The notes beneath the pieces were generated by a model that searched no databases, had not been told where the DNA came from, and saw only the letters and a list, made by a program, of their open reading frames with translations. 64,000 nt of DNA from the NCBI GenBank assembly GCA_949292985.1, contig CASFBF010000011.1, positions 2,450 to 66,449 of the forward strand. Direction: 5' to 3'. The stretch is from an uncultured Bacillota bacterium. Lineage in GTDB: Bacteria > Bacillota > Clostridia > Christensenellales > UBA1242. The translations under genes and the position numbers were made by a program. How positions within the stretch are numbered: the first letter of the stretch is position 1; every line of letters begins with the position of its first letter. Positions 33,245-43,184 of the stretch are shown here, one piece after another.

Positions 33245-34231
33245 TTAGATTTTAAGATGCTTGTATGCTGGTTCAAGCGCAACACGACCTCTCGGTGTGC
33301 GTGCTATAAAACCAAGTTGCAATAAGTATGGTTCGTAAACATCTTCAATAGTTGATGCGTCTTCGCTAATGGTTGCTGCAAGTGTTTCAAGACCTACCGG
33401 CCCGCCATTAAATTTATGAATTATAGAGCCTAAAATTTTTCTGTCTATAAAATCAAGCCCTAACTGATCTATTTCCATAATGTCTAAGGTTTTGTCTGCA
33501 ATTTGTTTTGTGATTTTGCCTTCGCCATGCACTTCGGCATAATCACGTACACGCTTTAAAAGCCTGTTTGCTATTCTTGGCGTTCCACGAGAGCGTTTTG
33601 CTATTTCCTTGCTTGCGCCGTCATCTATTGCAATATTTAAAATTTTTGCAGAGCGATTTATAATCACTTGGAGTTCATCAACCGTGTAGAGTTCTAATCT
33701 GCATATAATTCCAAACCTATCTCTAAGTGGATTTGTCAGCATACCTGCCCTTGTTGTTGCTCCAATAAGGGTGAAAGGTTGAATTTTAAGGCGCATGTTT
33801 TTTGCTGACGGACCTTTACCAACAATAAAGTCAAGCGCAAAATCTTCCATTGCAGGATACAAAATCTCCTCCACTGTTTTGTGAAGTCGGTGAATTTCAT
33901 CAATAAATAAAACATCGTTTTCGTTAAGGTTTGTTAAAATCGCTGCAAGGTCTGCGGCGTGCTCAATTGCTGGACCAGATGTTATTTTTAGTTGGCTTCC
34001 AAGTTCGTTTGCAATAATGTGTGAAAGTGTTGTTTTACCAAGTCCTGGTGGGCCATACAATAAAACATGGTCAAGACTTTCCTTTCGTGATTTTGCTGCT
34101 TGAATATAGACTGAAAGGCTTTCTTTAATTTTAGACTGTCCAACATATTCATCAAAACTGGTTGGTCTTAATGAATTTTCAATTTCAGCATCAGTAAGGT
34201 TTTTGGTGCTTGTAATAAATCTGTCTTCCAT
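33245..34231 (-). CDS. ruvB: Holliday junction branch migration DNA helicase RuvB
   Basis: 328-aa AAA+ protein: Walker [10 protein letters not shown], Walker [10 protein letters not shown], and sensor motifs. Confidence 0.97.
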   Translation of the reverse strand: MEDRFITSTKNLTDAEIENSLRPTSFDEYVGQSKIKESLSVYIQAAKSRKESLDHVLLYGPPGLGKTTLSHIIANELGSQLKITSGPAIEHAADLAAILTNLNENDVLFIDEIHRLHKTVEEILYPAMEDFALDFIVGKGPSAKNMRLKIQPFTLIGATTRAGMLTNPLRDRFGIICRLELYTVDELQVIINRSAKILNIAIDDGASKEIAKRSRGTPRIANRLLKRVRDYAEVHGEGKITKQIADKTLDIMEIDQLGLDFIDRKILGSIIHKFNGGPVGLETLAATISEDASTIEDVYEPYLLQLGFIARTPRGRVALEPAYKHLKI

Positions 34232-34824
34232 TATCCTCTATACCCCCTTAATGATTTTGAAATTATCTCTTCGGCTGTTGAAGTTGCAGTAGCATTGCTT
34301 TTTGCCAGTAGGTATGCTTGGTTTTTATTTACTCCAAGAGATACAAGCGTTTCCACAGCAAGATTTAAAGCATCTTCATCATAATCAAAAGTTTTTACTT
34401 CGTCATCATTGACTACTCCAAGCGGAGAAATTTTATCTTTAAGTTCCAAACATAATCTTTCGGCTGTTTTTTTGCCTAAGCCTTTTATGGACGAAAGTGT
34501 TCGTAAATCCTCTTTTATAATTGCAGAAATAAGTTCGGAAATAGGAAGCCCTGAAAGGATTGATAATGCAACCTTTGGACCTATTCCTGAAACTAGGGTT
34601 AATTTTAAAAACAACTCTTTTTCATCTTTTGTAGAGAAGCCAAACAAAGACACATCGTCTTCTCGAACAGACATGTAAGTGAAAATTTTAATAGTTTCAC
34701 CTTCATTTGGTAAAGACATATATGTGTTGTGTGATATGAACAAATTATATCCTACACCGTTAACATCCAAAGTGAGGTTGCTGTCTGATTTTTCTTCAAT
34801 TGTGCCAACTAAAAATGAAATCAT
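34231..34824 (-). CDS. ruvA: Holliday junction branch migration complex subunit RuvA
   Basis: 197-aa protein with an OB-like N-terminus and two HhH motifs ([22 protein letters not shown]). Confidence 0.95.
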   Translation of the reverse strand: MISFLVGTIEEKSDSNLTLDVNGVGYNLFISHNTYMSLPNEGETIKIFTYMSVREDDVSLFGFSTKDEKELFLKLTLVSGIGPKVALSILSGLPISELISAIIKEDLRTLSSIKGLGKKTAERLCLELKDKISPLGVVNDDEVKTFDYDEDALNLAVETLVSLGVNKNQAYLLAKSNATATSTAEEIISKSLRGYRG

Positions 34825-34833
34825 TTTTGCTCC

Positions 34834-35322
34834 TTAAATTTTATTCGTATTAAGTCTTGGGCTTGTTTGTGCGTGAGTTAGTGCGACTGCAAGCGCATCT
34901 GCGGCATCGTCTGGTTTTGGAATTTCTTTAAGCCCCAAAATATTTTTAACCATAAACTGAATTTGTGCCTTTTCTGCCCTGCCTTGTCCAGTAAGCGCTT
35001 GTTTAATTTGCATAGGTGTATATTCGAAAATATTTCCGCAATATTTTTGAGCCGTAAGCAAAATCACACCCCTTGCCTCAGCAACAGGAATTACTGTTTT
35101 TTGATTTTTAAAATAAAACAATTCTTCTATTGCAACAGCGTCGGGTTTGTATGTTTCAAACAAAGAAGCAAGTGCGCTTTCAATGTTTTTTAAACGAATT
35201 GATATGCTGTCTTCTTTTGGTGTTGTTATAACCCCATAATCAATTACCAGATTTTGTTTAGTTGTGTCTATTACCCCGTAGCCAATTATTGCATAGCCAG
35301 GATCTATCCCTAGTATTTTCAT
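34834..35322 (-). CDS. ruvC: crossover junction endodeoxyribonuclease RuvC
   Basis: 162-aa RNase H-fold protein: MKILGIDPG, AIEELF, and DAADALAVALTH. Confidence 0.95.
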   Translation of the reverse strand: MKILGIDPGYAIIGYGVIDTTKQNLVIDYGVITTPKEDSISIRLKNIESALASLFETYKPDAVAIEELFYFKNQKTVIPVAEARGVILLTAQKYCGNIFEYTPMQIKQALTGQGRAEKAQIQFMVKNILGLKEIPKPDDAADALAVALTHAQTSPRLNTNKI

Positions 35323-35330
35323 AGTTAAAT

Positions 35331-35358
35331 TTTATATTATTTAGTATAATTTTGTCAA
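35331..35358 (-). promoter_or_regulatory. sigma-A-type promoter placing the ruvC ATG within about 2 nt of +1
   Basis: The minus strand has TTGACA (35358-35353), a 16-nt spacer, TATAAA (35336-35331), then ATTTAACT and ATG (35322). No SD sequence is present. Confidence 0.5.
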
Positions 35359-35372
35359 TCAAATCACACCGC

Positions 35373-35457
35373 GCGAGCAAGTTTTTTGGCAGAGCCAAAA
35401 AAAGGTTGCCGTTTGGGCAACCTTGGCTTGGAACAACTTTTCCAAGCGCTTGCTCGC
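35373..35457 (-). terminator. closed three-hairpin terminator module (copy 3) immediately after the YebC-family gene stop
   Basis: Outer 9-bp helix GCGAGCAAG (35373-35381) / CTTGCTCGC (35449-35457). Inner hairpins at 35382-35402, 35403-35423 (AGGTTGCC...GGCAACCT, followed by a U run in the mRNA sense) and 35426-35447. The stop is at 35458-35460. Confidence 0.7.
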
Positions 35458-36195
35458 TTATTCTTCTTCGTCAGGAAGATTTACATTGTGATAAACCTGC
35501 TGCACATCATCTAATTCTTCTAACACATCAATCATTTTTTGGAATGAGACAAGTTTTTGCTCATCTAAGTCAACATACAAATCAGGCACTAAACTTGATT
35601 CCGACATAACGATATTATATCCCGCTTTTTCTAATGTTTCCTTAACAGTGTTTACTTCATTAGGAGCAGTTATGATTTCTACTTCGTCATCATGTTCAAT
35701 AACATCTTTTGCGCCTGCTTCAAGAGCATCCATCATAAGCATATCGCTATCCAACCCTTCTTCTCTTGGCACTATTATGATTCCTTTTCTTTGGAATAAA
35801 TAACTTACGCAACCATTAGAACCAAGGGCTCCGCCATGCTTGTCAAAAGCGTGCCTAACATCACCAGCGGTTCTATTTTTATTGTCAGTTAAACATTCAA
35901 CAATAACCGCTGAACCGCCAACACCATATCCTTCATAAACTATGGATTCATAGTTAACGCTTCCAAGTTCGCCTGCTGCTTTTTTAATGCTTCTATCTAT
36001 GTTATCATTTGGCATGTTGTTTTGTTTAGCCTTGGCAATAACCGCCCTTAAAGTTGGGTTGCTTGCTGGGTCTGGACCGCCCGCTTTAACTGCAACTGCA
36101 AGTTCTCTACCTATTTTGGTAAAGATTTTACTTCTTGCAGCGTCCATCTTGCCCTTTGTGGCTTGAATATTGTGCCATTTTGAATGTCCTGACAT
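35458..36195 (-). CDS. YebC/PmpR family DNA-binding transcriptional regulator
   Basis: 245-aa protein with the hallmark N-terminus [27 protein letters not shown]. Confidence 0.95.
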   Translation of the reverse strand: MSGHSKWHNIQATKGKMDAARSKIFTKIGRELAVAVKAGGPDPASNPTLRAVIAKAKQNNMPNDNIDRSIKKAAGELGSVNYESIVYEGYGVGGSAVIVECLTDNKNRTAGDVRHAFDKHGGALGSNGCVSYLFQRKGIIIVPREEGLDSDMLMMDALEAGAKDVIEHDDEVEIITAPNEVNTVKETLEKAGYNIVMSESSLVPDLYVDLDEQKLVSFQKMIDVLEELDDVQQVYHNVNLPDEEE

Positions 36196-36204
36196 ATTTA
36201 CCTC

Positions 36205-36927
36205 CTATTTTCTTTTAGATGCAATTTGAAACATAATAATTGAACCGCTTACTGCTGCATTTAAACTTTCAATTCCTGGGTGCATTGGAATAGTAAGGGC
36301 TACATTGCAAATTTGCGATATTTCTTTGCTAACACCATTACCTTCATTGCCGATTACAATACCAATATTTTTTGAAGGTTGAAATTTGAAAATATCTTCT
36401 CCTTTCATATCAGTTTTGGCAAGGGTTAAACTATTTTCTTTTGCGAATTTTATAAAATCTTCTTCGGTCATTGATATGGTTGGAATGTTGAAAATCGCTC
36501 CTGCTGAACTTCTAATAAGTTTTGCGTTGGTTGGCTTAACACTATCTAGTAAAAATACACACTCCATTCCCGAAGCAAGTGCAGTTCTTATAAGTGTGCC
36601 AACATTGCCAGGGTCTTGCAGTTTATCTAGCACTAAAAAGTCTTTTTTTGGACATAATACCACATTTTGTGTGTATTCTAACATAACAACTACACCACGT
36701 GGTGATTTTACTTCTGCCAAGTCTTCAATAACTGACATGGTTGTTAAGTATTTTTCACATTCAATGTTAGGCAAAAGCGCTTCATCTACTGCCAGTGCAA
36801 GCAACGGTTTGGCTCCATTAGATATTGCATCGTTAATTATTTTTTGGTTATCTAAAAAAAGCAAAAAATCGTTTTCTCTTTTTTGCTTTTTAAGTTTCTT
36901 AACAAGTTCTCCACTTGCTTTCAACAT
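36205..36927 (-). CDS. TrmH/SpoU family RNA 2'-O-methyltransferase
   Basis: 240-aa protein with SpoU motifs QDPGNVGTLIRTA, IVIGNEGNGVS and IPMHPGIESLNAAVSG. Confidence 0.9.
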   Translation of the reverse strand: MLKASGELVKKLKKQKRENDFLLFLDNQKIINDAISNGAKPLLALAVDEALLPNIECEKYLTTMSVIEDLAEVKSPRGVVVMLEYTQNVVLCPKKDFLVLDKLQDPGNVGTLIRTALASGMECVFLLDSVKPTNAKLIRSSAGAIFNIPTISMTEEDFIKFAKENSLTLAKTDMKGEDIFKFQPSKNIGIVIGNEGNGVSKEISQICNVALTIPMHPGIESLNAAVSGSIIMFQIASKRK

Positions 36928-36929
36928 AT

Positions 36930-37274
36930 TTATGCTTTAACCTCTGCAACAAGCGCTTTAAAAGCCTCAGGGTCTCTAACAGCGATGTCAGCAAGAACTT
37001 TTCTGTTAAGATCAATGTTCTTTGCTTTTAATCCTGCAATAAACTTGCTGTATGAGATGTCGTTAATTCTGCATGCAGCATTTATTCTTGTTATCCAAAG
37101 TGCGCGGAAATCTCTCTTCTTTTGCTTTCTTCCAATATAAGCGTACATTCCGCTTTTCATAACTTGTTCACGAGCGGTTCTGTAAAGTTTTGATTTTGCT
37201 CCACGATAACCTTTTGCTTGTTTAAGTATTTTTCTGCGTTTTTTAACCGCATTTACAGTTCTTTTAATTCTCAT
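36930..37274 (-). CDS. rplT: 50S ribosomal protein L20
   Basis: 114-aa protein: [34 protein letters not shown]. Confidence 0.97.
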   Translation of the reverse strand: MRIKRTVNAVKKRRKILKQAKGYRGAKSKLYRTAREQVMKSGMYAYIGRKQKKRDFRALWITRINAACRINDISYSKFIAGLKAKNIDLNRKVLADIAVRDPEAFKALVAEVKA

Positions 37275-37290
37275 ATCTACGCCCTCCTAA

Positions 37291-37488
37291 TTACTTAGCA
37301 CCAAGAAGAGATTTGATATTGTCAGAATTTTTTCCTGCAATATATGAACCTTTTCTAAGTTTTCTTTTTCTTGCTTGTGATTTGTTTGTTAAGAAATGTC
37401 CTTTTGTTGGACGAGCATACTTAACTTTGCCTGTTGCGGTGAGTTTAAAACGCTTTTTTGCACCACTGTGTGTTTTTTGTTTTGGCAT
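37291..37488 (-). CDS. rpmI: 50S ribosomal protein L35
   Basis: MPKQKTHSGAKKRFKLTATGKVKY. The start is at the internal Met of the tracked ORF, preceded by AAGGAGAAAGGAC. Confidence 0.95.
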   Translation of the reverse strand: MPKQKTHSGAKKRFKLTATGKVKYARPTKGHFLTNKSQARKRKLRKGSYIAGKNSDNIKSLLGAK

Positions 37489-37507
37489 GTCCTTTCTCCT
37501 TTTATAA

Positions 37508-38017
37508 TTATTTTTTTGGGCTAACAACAACTATGATATTTCTGCCGTTTACTTCTGGCTCTTTTTCACAAGTTCCAACATCTTCAAGTTTAGCGGCAAA
37601 GTTTTTCACAACCTCAATGCATGTTTTTGCATAAGCCTGCTGTCTTCCCCTCATTCGTAAAGATATTTTAACTTTGTTTCCGTCTGAAAGAAATTTTTTG
37701 GCATTTGTTACACGATAAGCAATATCGTGATCACTTATGGTCATTGAAAGTTGAATTTCTTTTACTTCAATGGTCTTTTGATTTTTCTTCAATTCCTTTT
37801 CTTTTTTTATGGCGTCAAATTTATATTTGCCGTAATCCATAAGTTTGCAAACTGCTGGCTTTGCTCCGCCGTTCATAAGCACAAGGTCAAGTCCTTTTTC
37901 TTCCGCTAATGATTGGGCTTTGTTCAGTGGAAGTACACCTAACTGTGCACCGTCTTCATCTATAAGCCTAACTTCGTCTGCTGAAATTTGGTCATTGATT
38001 AAAAGTTCTTTAAAAAT
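37508..38017 (-). CDS. infC: translation initiation factor IF-3, ATT start
   Basis: The track ORF covers only the C-terminal 124 aa. The upstream in-frame sequence encodes IFKELLINDQISADEVRLIDEDGAQLGVLPLNKAQSLAEEKGLDLVLM, which is the IF-3 N-domain. It starts at ATT (38017-38015), 9 nt after AAGGAG, matching the classical autoregulated infC start. Confidence 0.9.
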   Translation of the reverse strand: MFKELLINDQISADEVRLIDEDGAQLGVLPLNKAQSLAEEKGLDLVLMNGGAKPAVCKLMDYGKYKFDAIKKEKELKKNQKTIEVKEIQLSMTISDHDIAYRVTNAKKFLSDGNKVKISLRMRGRQQAYAKTCIEVVKNFAAKLEDVGTCEKEPEVNGRNIIVVVSPKK

Positions 38018-38167
38018 GGTCGTTGTCTCCTTTTAAAAAAATTGGTGGAATGCAAGAACATTTCCACCAAAAAAACTTAAAATAAATATTTTAAAATTTT
38101 TTAACACGGTCTAAATCCTAAGTTTGACCGGTGAGAAGTGGAAACTTCTGCTTTCGACTTCATTATA
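38018..38167 (-). promoter_or_regulatory. infC-rpmI-rplT leader with an attenuator terminator (L20-leader-like)
   Basis: TATAAT lies at 38167-38162 on the minus strand. The roughly 140-nt leader ends in hairpin TTGGTGGAA...TTCCACCAA (38042-38070) plus U7 (38035-38041), just before the infC RBS. The position matches the Firmicute L20 autoregulatory leader. Confidence 0.5.
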
Positions 38168-38180
38168 TTAGCACAACAAT

Positions 38181-38786
38181 TTAATCTTTGTCAACTGTTT
38201 TTTTATAATTTTTGTTTCTTTTATAAAAAAATATTTTTTCAATAAATTTACCCAGTCTTAAAATAATTTTGTTAGAATTTTTTATTGCATGCTCTTTCAT
38301 CAGCGCTTTAAATAAAATGGTTAATCCTGCGATGAGTGAACTTACAAGGGTTGAAATTAAAACCACAACACTTGGATTTGAAATATTTTTTGCCAAAGAA
38401 AGAATTATGCATGCACCCGCTGCCCCTGATAGAATTCCGCATATATCTCCTACAACGTCAGCACAAAAAGAGCAAACTTTTTCTGAGTTTTTTTTCAAAC
38501 GCAAAGCCACTTCACTTCCCTGCACATTTTCTTTAATTTTGTTCTTGAAAAAATCTTCGTCTGCACTTGCAACAGCAATTCCAATCATATCAAAAACAAC
38601 ACTTATAAAAATGAAAAGTGCTATGGTGAAACCTGCGATTACTGCTCCTAAATGTGAGAGTATTGTTTGGCTGAAAAGTGAGAACAATGAAGATAGGCAT
38701 AGCGAAATTATAAACATTTTAAATGCCCATTTATAACGCCTTACTTCCAAGGAAGTTGTTTTCGATTTTACTTTTTTATCCTTCAC
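38181..38786 (-). CDS. hypothetical membrane protein (4 TM helices)
   Basis: 201-aa ORF with hydrophobic helices and a central amphipathic segment ASADEDFFKNKIKENVQGSEVALRLKKN. There is a weak resemblance to CNNM/DUF21 transmembrane domains. Confidence 0.65.
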   Translation of the reverse strand: MKDKKVKSKTTSLEVRRYKWAFKMFIISLCLSSLFSLFSQTILSHLGAVIAGFTIALFIFISVVFDMIGIAVASADEDFFKNKIKENVQGSEVALRLKKNSEKVCSFCADVVGDICGILSGAAGACIILSLAKNISNPSVVVLISTLVSSLIAGLTILFKALMKEHAIKNSNKIILRLGKFIEKIFFYKRNKNYKKTVDKD

Positions 38787-38820
38787 ATTACTAAATATAT
38801 TTATTTAAATAAAGTAATAT

Positions 38821-38849
38821 GAAAAAACCAGCGCTAGCACTGGTTTTTA
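38821..38849 (-). terminator. intrinsic terminator after proS
   Basis: The minus strand reads AAAAACCAG-TGCTAGCG-CTGGTTTTTT. The proS stop lies in the stem extension. Confidence 0.7.
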
Positions 38850-40547
38850 ATATACTATAATTTCATCAAGTTTTTTGGAAAGGCTTTCTTCCTTAACAAA
38901 AAGTTTTTCTCCTGTTTGGCGTATTGTGATTTCAACCTGTCCGTTTTCAATGGTTTTTGGACTGATTACAATTCGCACTGGAATGCCCATCAATTCACTA
39001 TCAGTAAATTTTACACCTGCTGATGTTTCTCTGTCATCGTATAAAACTTCAAAATTTTCAGCGGTAAGTTTTTTGTAAAGCCATTCTGCTTTTTCTTTAA
39101 CAGCAGGGTCATCTAAACGAATTGGGCAAAGATATATATGCCATGGTGCAACACTCATAGGCCAAACAAGACCTTTTTCATCACAATTTTCTTCGGCTAT
39201 GCTTGCAAGGCATCTCCCAATACCTATTCCATAGCAACCCATTATAGGATTTATAGAAGACCCGTCTGGCATATGCACGCTCATACCCATCTTTTGTGTG
39301 TATCTTGTGCCAAGTTGGAATATATTTCCTATTTCAATTCCATTCTTAACAAGCAGTTTTGCACCACAAACTGGACATCTATCACCTTCCGCAACTTTGG
39401 AGATATCAACAAATTTTTCTGGTTTAACATCTCTTGTGATAGAAACGCCTTGATAATGGTAGCCTTCTTTATTAGCGCCAGTAACAAAACTTTCTAAACC
39501 ATCTAAAGACCTGTCATAATAAATTTCAGCATTTGGAATGTCAAGATTAACACAACCTATATTTCCCTTAACAAGCCCGCTGTCCTGCAAATCTTTTATA
39601 GCAATTTCGCCACCAACCAAGTTTTTAAGTTTGGCTTCGTTTACTTCTCTATCGCCTCTTAAAAATGCAATAACAATTCTGTTTTCGTCGCCTATAACAG
39701 CATAGCAAACTGCTTTTGCCACTTGCCATGGTTGTTTATTTAAATTAGAGCATACTTCATCAATAGTTTTAGCCTCTCCAGTAAACACCTCTTGTTTTAC
39801 GCCAAAAATATGGTCGTTTTCAGGTATTTCGCTGGTTGCAACATCTATGTTTGAAGCGCTATCACATTCTGGACAAATTACAATTGTGTCCTCTCCTATG
39901 TCGGTGAGCAATTGAAATTCGTCTGCAACTTTTCCGCCCATCATGCCACTGTCTGAGTGAACGGCTATAACATTTTTAAGCCCCATTCTGTGAAAGATTT
40001 TAAAATATGCATCATATAAAGTTTTATAATAAGTTTCTAAATCTTCTTGTGAAGCATGGAAAGAATATGCATCTTTCATCAAAAATTCTCTAACTCTGAT
40101 AAGCCCTGCCCTTGCTCTTGCTTCATCTCTGAATTTAGTTTGAATTTGGTAAATCATAAAAGGAAGTTGTTCGTAACTTTTTATCGTGCCAAGAGCAGCG
40201 TGCACAGCCGCTTCTTCATGCGTCATTCCCAGCACTAAGTCATGTTCAGAGCGGTCTTTAAAACGAACCAGTTCCTGCCCAATTGAAGAATATCTTCCGC
40301 TTAAATCCCAAAGTTCCCTAGGCATAACCACTGGGAATAAAACTTCTTGTCCGCCAACTGCGTCCATTTCTTCACAAATAATATCTTGAATTTTTTTGCT
40401 TACTCTTTCAGCAGGAGGCATGAAAGTATAAATTCCATTGGCAACCTGTTTTATGTATCCTGCCCTAGACAGGAATATATGACTTTTTGATGTTGCATTT
40501 GCTGGTGCGTCTTTTAATCTCTCACCAAGGAGTTTTGATATTCTCAT
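38847..40547 (-). CDS. proS: proline--tRNA ligase (bacterial type with an editing insertion)
   Basis: 566-aa protein with class II motifs (FRDEARARAGLIRVREF, GCYGIGIGR) and a central INS domain. Confidence 0.96.
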   Translation of the reverse strand: MRISKLLGERLKDAPANATSKSHIFLSRAGYIKQVANGIYTFMPPAERVSKKIQDIICEEMDAVGGQEVLFPVVMPRELWDLSGRYSSIGQELVRFKDRSEHDLVLGMTHEEAAVHAALGTIKSYEQLPFMIYQIQTKFRDEARARAGLIRVREFLMKDAYSFHASQEDLETYYKTLYDAYFKIFHRMGLKNVIAVHSDSGMMGGKVADEFQLLTDIGEDTIVICPECDSASNIDVATSEIPENDHIFGVKQEVFTGEAKTIDEVCSNLNKQPWQVAKAVCYAVIGDENRIVIAFLRGDREVNEAKLKNLVGGEIAIKDLQDSGLVKGNIGCVNLDIPNAEIYYDRSLDGLESFVTGANKEGYHYQGVSITRDVKPEKFVDISKVAEGDRCPVCGAKLLVKNGIEIGNIFQLGTRYTQKMGMSVHMPDGSSINPIMGCYGIGIGRCLASIAEENCDEKGLVWPMSVAPWHIYLCPIRLDDPAVKEKAEWLYKKLTAENFEVLYDDRETSAGVKFTDSELMGIPVRIVISPKTIENGQVEITIRQTGEKLFVKEESLSKKLDEIIVY

Positions 40548-40750
40548 TCCATCTCCTCCAATTTTAATTTATCAAGTTCTTTTTTTATTTCGAAAATTTT
40601 GCCTTTTGTAACTTTTAACTGTTCATAACAAAATTTTATAAGCCCCATTCCCTCTTCAAAAAGTGTTGAGGCTTGCGAAAGAGGCAAACTTTCAGCAGAA
40701 AGTTTTTCAACAATTTCACCCAATTTTTGGATTGCAGTTTCGTATGTCAT
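40544..40750 (-). CDS. xseB: exodeoxyribonuclease VII small subunit
   Basis: 68-aa helical protein (YETAIQKLGEIVEKLSAESLPLSQASTLFEEGMGLIKFC). It overlaps xseA. Confidence 0.92.
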   Translation of the reverse strand: MTYETAIQKLGEIVEKLSAESLPLSQASTLFEEGMGLIKFCYEQLKVTKGKIFEIKKELDKLKLEEME

Positions 40751-41868
40751 TTTTTCACCTCTTTTGGAGTAGCAACTATTTTGCCGTCATAAAAGTTTAC
40801 CATTATGTCTGATTGTAGCACAACTTTTTCAGCCTTGTCAACAACTTTGCCTGCTTGTTCAACTTTGGCATACCCTCGTTTCAAAATATCAAAAGGATTT
40901 AATTTATTTAAAGAATTTTCAAGCATTCCAAGTTCAAAGTTTTTGTTTGCAATGTAATTGTCTGTTATATTTTCAAAATCTTTTTGTTGTTTTTCAAATG
41001 TTAGTATTTTGTTTTCTATAAATCGGTTCACCTGTCCTGTAAAGGCACTTAATAGGCGGTCAAAGGTGTTTTTTTGACCCATTTTATCTTTTGTCAATAA
41101 TTCAGCCGCAGCCGACGGGGTTGGCGCTCTAAGGTCACTTACAAAGTCAATAATTGTAAAGTCTGTTTCATGCCCTACCGCACTTACAATAAATTTGTTG
41201 CAGGCAAATGTTGCCCTTGCAACTATCTCGGTGTTGTATGCAGCAAGGTCTTCCATAGAACCTCCGCCTCGTGCAACAACTATTGCGTCAATTTGGTCAA
41301 ACTCAGATAGTTGATTTATCGCATTTGCAATTTCTGTTTCCGCACCATTGCCTTGAACTTTAACAGGAAAAAGCGCTATGTTTATTGACGGATCTCTGCG
41401 CCTTGCAACATTACAAATATCATGTATAACAGCACCTTCTTTTGAAGTGATTACGCCAATTGTTTTGATGATTTGTGGCATAGATTTTTTGGTGGCTTGG
41501 TCAAAAAGCCCTTCTTTTTCAAGTTTATCTTTCATCATCAAAAACTGCGCATATAAATCGCCCTGCCCTTGTTTTTCCAGTTTTTGCACAACAAAACTAA
41601 GCCTTCCGCCTTTTACATAATAGTTAGGCGAGCCTGTAACAATAACTTTGTCGCCGTCTTTAATATCAGCCATAATAGAAGGATAGAAACAAACACACCC
41701 AACACTTCCACCCTCATCTTTTAAAGAAAAATAAATTGCGGTTTTGGATATAGACAATCCAAAAACTTCCCCAACAATTTTTATATTGTGGAGAAGTTCT
41801 TCCGCATCAAAAATTTGTTTAATATAGGTGTTGTATTGAGTTACCGTTAAGGTGTCAAACATTTTCAC
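40747..41868 (-). CDS. xseA: exodeoxyribonuclease VII large subunit
   Basis: 373-aa protein: N-terminal OB fold (VGEVFGLSISKTAIYFSLKD), catalytic core VARGGGSMEDL, and GHETDFTI. Confidence 0.93.
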   Translation of the reverse strand: MKMFDTLTVTQYNTYIKQIFDAEELLHNIKIVGEVFGLSISKTAIYFSLKDEGGSVGCVCFYPSIMADIKDGDKVIVTGSPNYYVKGGRLSFVVQKLEKQGQGDLYAQFLMMKDKLEKEGLFDQATKKSMPQIIKTIGVITSKEGAVIHDICNVARRRDPSINIALFPVKVQGNGAETEIANAINQLSEFDQIDAIVVARGGGSMEDLAAYNTEIVARATFACNKFIVSAVGHETDFTIIDFVSDLRAPTPSAAAELLTKDKMGQKNTFDRLLSAFTGQVNRFIENKILTFEKQQKDFENITDNYIANKNFELGMLENSLNKLNPFDILKRGYAKVEQAGKVVDKAEKVVLQSDIMVNFYDGKIVATPKEVKK

Positions 41869-42253
41869 CTTCCTTAGTTTTGTTTTTTATAACACTAGAA
41901 AGCACTCCGTTTAAAAACTTAGGGCTTTCTGATGTTGAAAATACTTTTGCAATTTCTAAAACCTCGTTGATTGCAACAGCAGGCGGTGTTTTAATATAGT
42001 TAATTTCTGTGATTGCTTCACACAAAAGTGCAAGGTCAACTTTATGCACTCTATCAAGGCTGTAACCAATCAGCAAAGCCGAAAGTTTTTGCTCGATTTC
42101 ATTTTTATGATTTTGATATTCATTAAAAATTTGTTCTGCAAACGGCTTATCTCTATCTTTTATTTCCTGCCACAATTCTTCATCGAAAGGTTGAGAGTTA
42201 AAAAGCCTTTCAAAAATTAGTTTGAAAGCAAGAACGCGTGAATCTCTTCTCAT
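41855..42253 (-). CDS. nusB: transcription antitermination factor NusB
   Basis: 132-aa protein: RRDSRVLAFKLIFE...INEVLEIAKVFSTSESPKFLNGVL. Confidence 0.93.
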   Translation of the reverse strand: MRRDSRVLAFKLIFERLFNSQPFDEELWQEIKDRDKPFAEQIFNEYQNHKNEIEQKLSALLIGYSLDRVHKVDLALLCEAITEINYIKTPPAVAINEVLEIAKVFSTSESPKFLNGVLSSVIKNKTKEGENV

Positions 42254-42255
42254 GT

Positions 42256-42627
42256 TTATAATCCTGCATCTATTCTATCACAAATAACATCCATAACATG
42301 AACGCTGATGTTAGAGGCTTTCATTTCTACCATGCTTGACAAATTGTTTTTAATATTTTCTTGAATTCTATAAGCAAGGTCAGGCACAGATTCGCCAATA
42401 TAAACATCAACATAAACATCAATTTTTAATGTTCCATTTGCTTCGAAACTTATTTTAACACCTTCATAATCGCCTTTGGCAAACATTTTTTTATACCAAG
42501 GAAGGTTGGAATTAGAAAGCCTTGCCACACCTTTTATTTCCTTGGTGGCAAGGTTTACTATTGAATATAGAATATTTTTATCGCAGGTTATTTTTCCGTC
42601 TTGATTACAGAGTTTTGTGTCAGCCAT
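42256..42627 (-). CDS. Asp23/Gls24 family envelope stress response protein
   Basis: 123-aa protein (ILYSIVNLATKEIKGVARL...VDVYVDVYIGESVPDLAYRIQENIKNNL). It sits between spoIIIAH and nusB, as yqhY does in Bacillus. Confidence 0.9.
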   Translation of the reverse strand: MADTKLCNQDGKITCDKNILYSIVNLATKEIKGVARLSNSNLPWYKKMFAKGDYEGVKISFEANGTLKIDVYVDVYIGESVPDLAYRIQENIKNNLSSMVEMKASNISVHVMDVICDRIDAGL

Positions 42628-42702
42628 ATTCTCTCCTGTTATTGCCTGTTAGGCACATTATCCATAATCAGATTATAACACATTTAATTTATATTTGTCC
42701 AA

Positions 42703-43170
42703 CTATTCAACAGGAATAATTTTAATATTTTTAATATCCGTGTTGAGATGCTCTTGCACAACATCAACTATTTGTGTAACCTCTGCCTCTGTTAATGTGT
42801 CAGCGTCTACTAAAACATTAACATTAGATGTTGACATTGTAATCACGCAATCATTAAATCCCAAGCCTTTAATCAAGCCTTCAATAACAAGTTCTGTATC
42901 CATTTGTTCAATAAGTGCCTGTCTTGCTGCGTTCGCTGCTTGAACTGCTTCGGCTGTTGAATCAGGACTTTCTGCAATTGCTTGGTAGTATAAAAGTTCT
43001 TGGTCACGCCTTGATTCTCTATCCTCACGATAGGAAGCAAAATAACTTGCAGTAGTGGTTTGTGTTGGCACATCTTGGGCAGAATTATTTAGCGCTACAT
43101 TAAGATAACCCGTTACGCCTAAAAGCACAACCATAACTGCGAGAATAATAATTTTTGTTCTTTTTTTCAT
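42703..43170 (-). CDS. spoIIIAH: stage III sporulation protein AH
   Basis: 155-aa protein with an N-terminal TM helix, YFASYREDRESRRDQELLYY and a C-terminal GLIKGLGFNDCVIT domain. It is the last gene of the spoIIIA operon. Confidence 0.88.
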   Translation of the reverse strand: MKKRTKIIILAVMVVLLGVTGYLNVALNNSAQDVPTQTTTASYFASYREDRESRRDQELLYYQAIAESPDSTAEAVQAANAARQALIEQMDTELVIEGLIKGLGFNDCVITMSTSNVNVLVDADTLTEAEVTQIVDVVQEHLNTDIKNIKIIPVE

Positions 43171-43184
43171 ATTTAAAACTCCTT

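Noticed and set aside
37508-37882. infC looks truncated (a 124-aa ORF), which suggested a pseudogene.
   Set aside because: The in-frame upstream sequence encodes the complete IF-3 N-domain, starting at ATT 38017 behind AAGGAG. This is the well-known non-canonical infC start.
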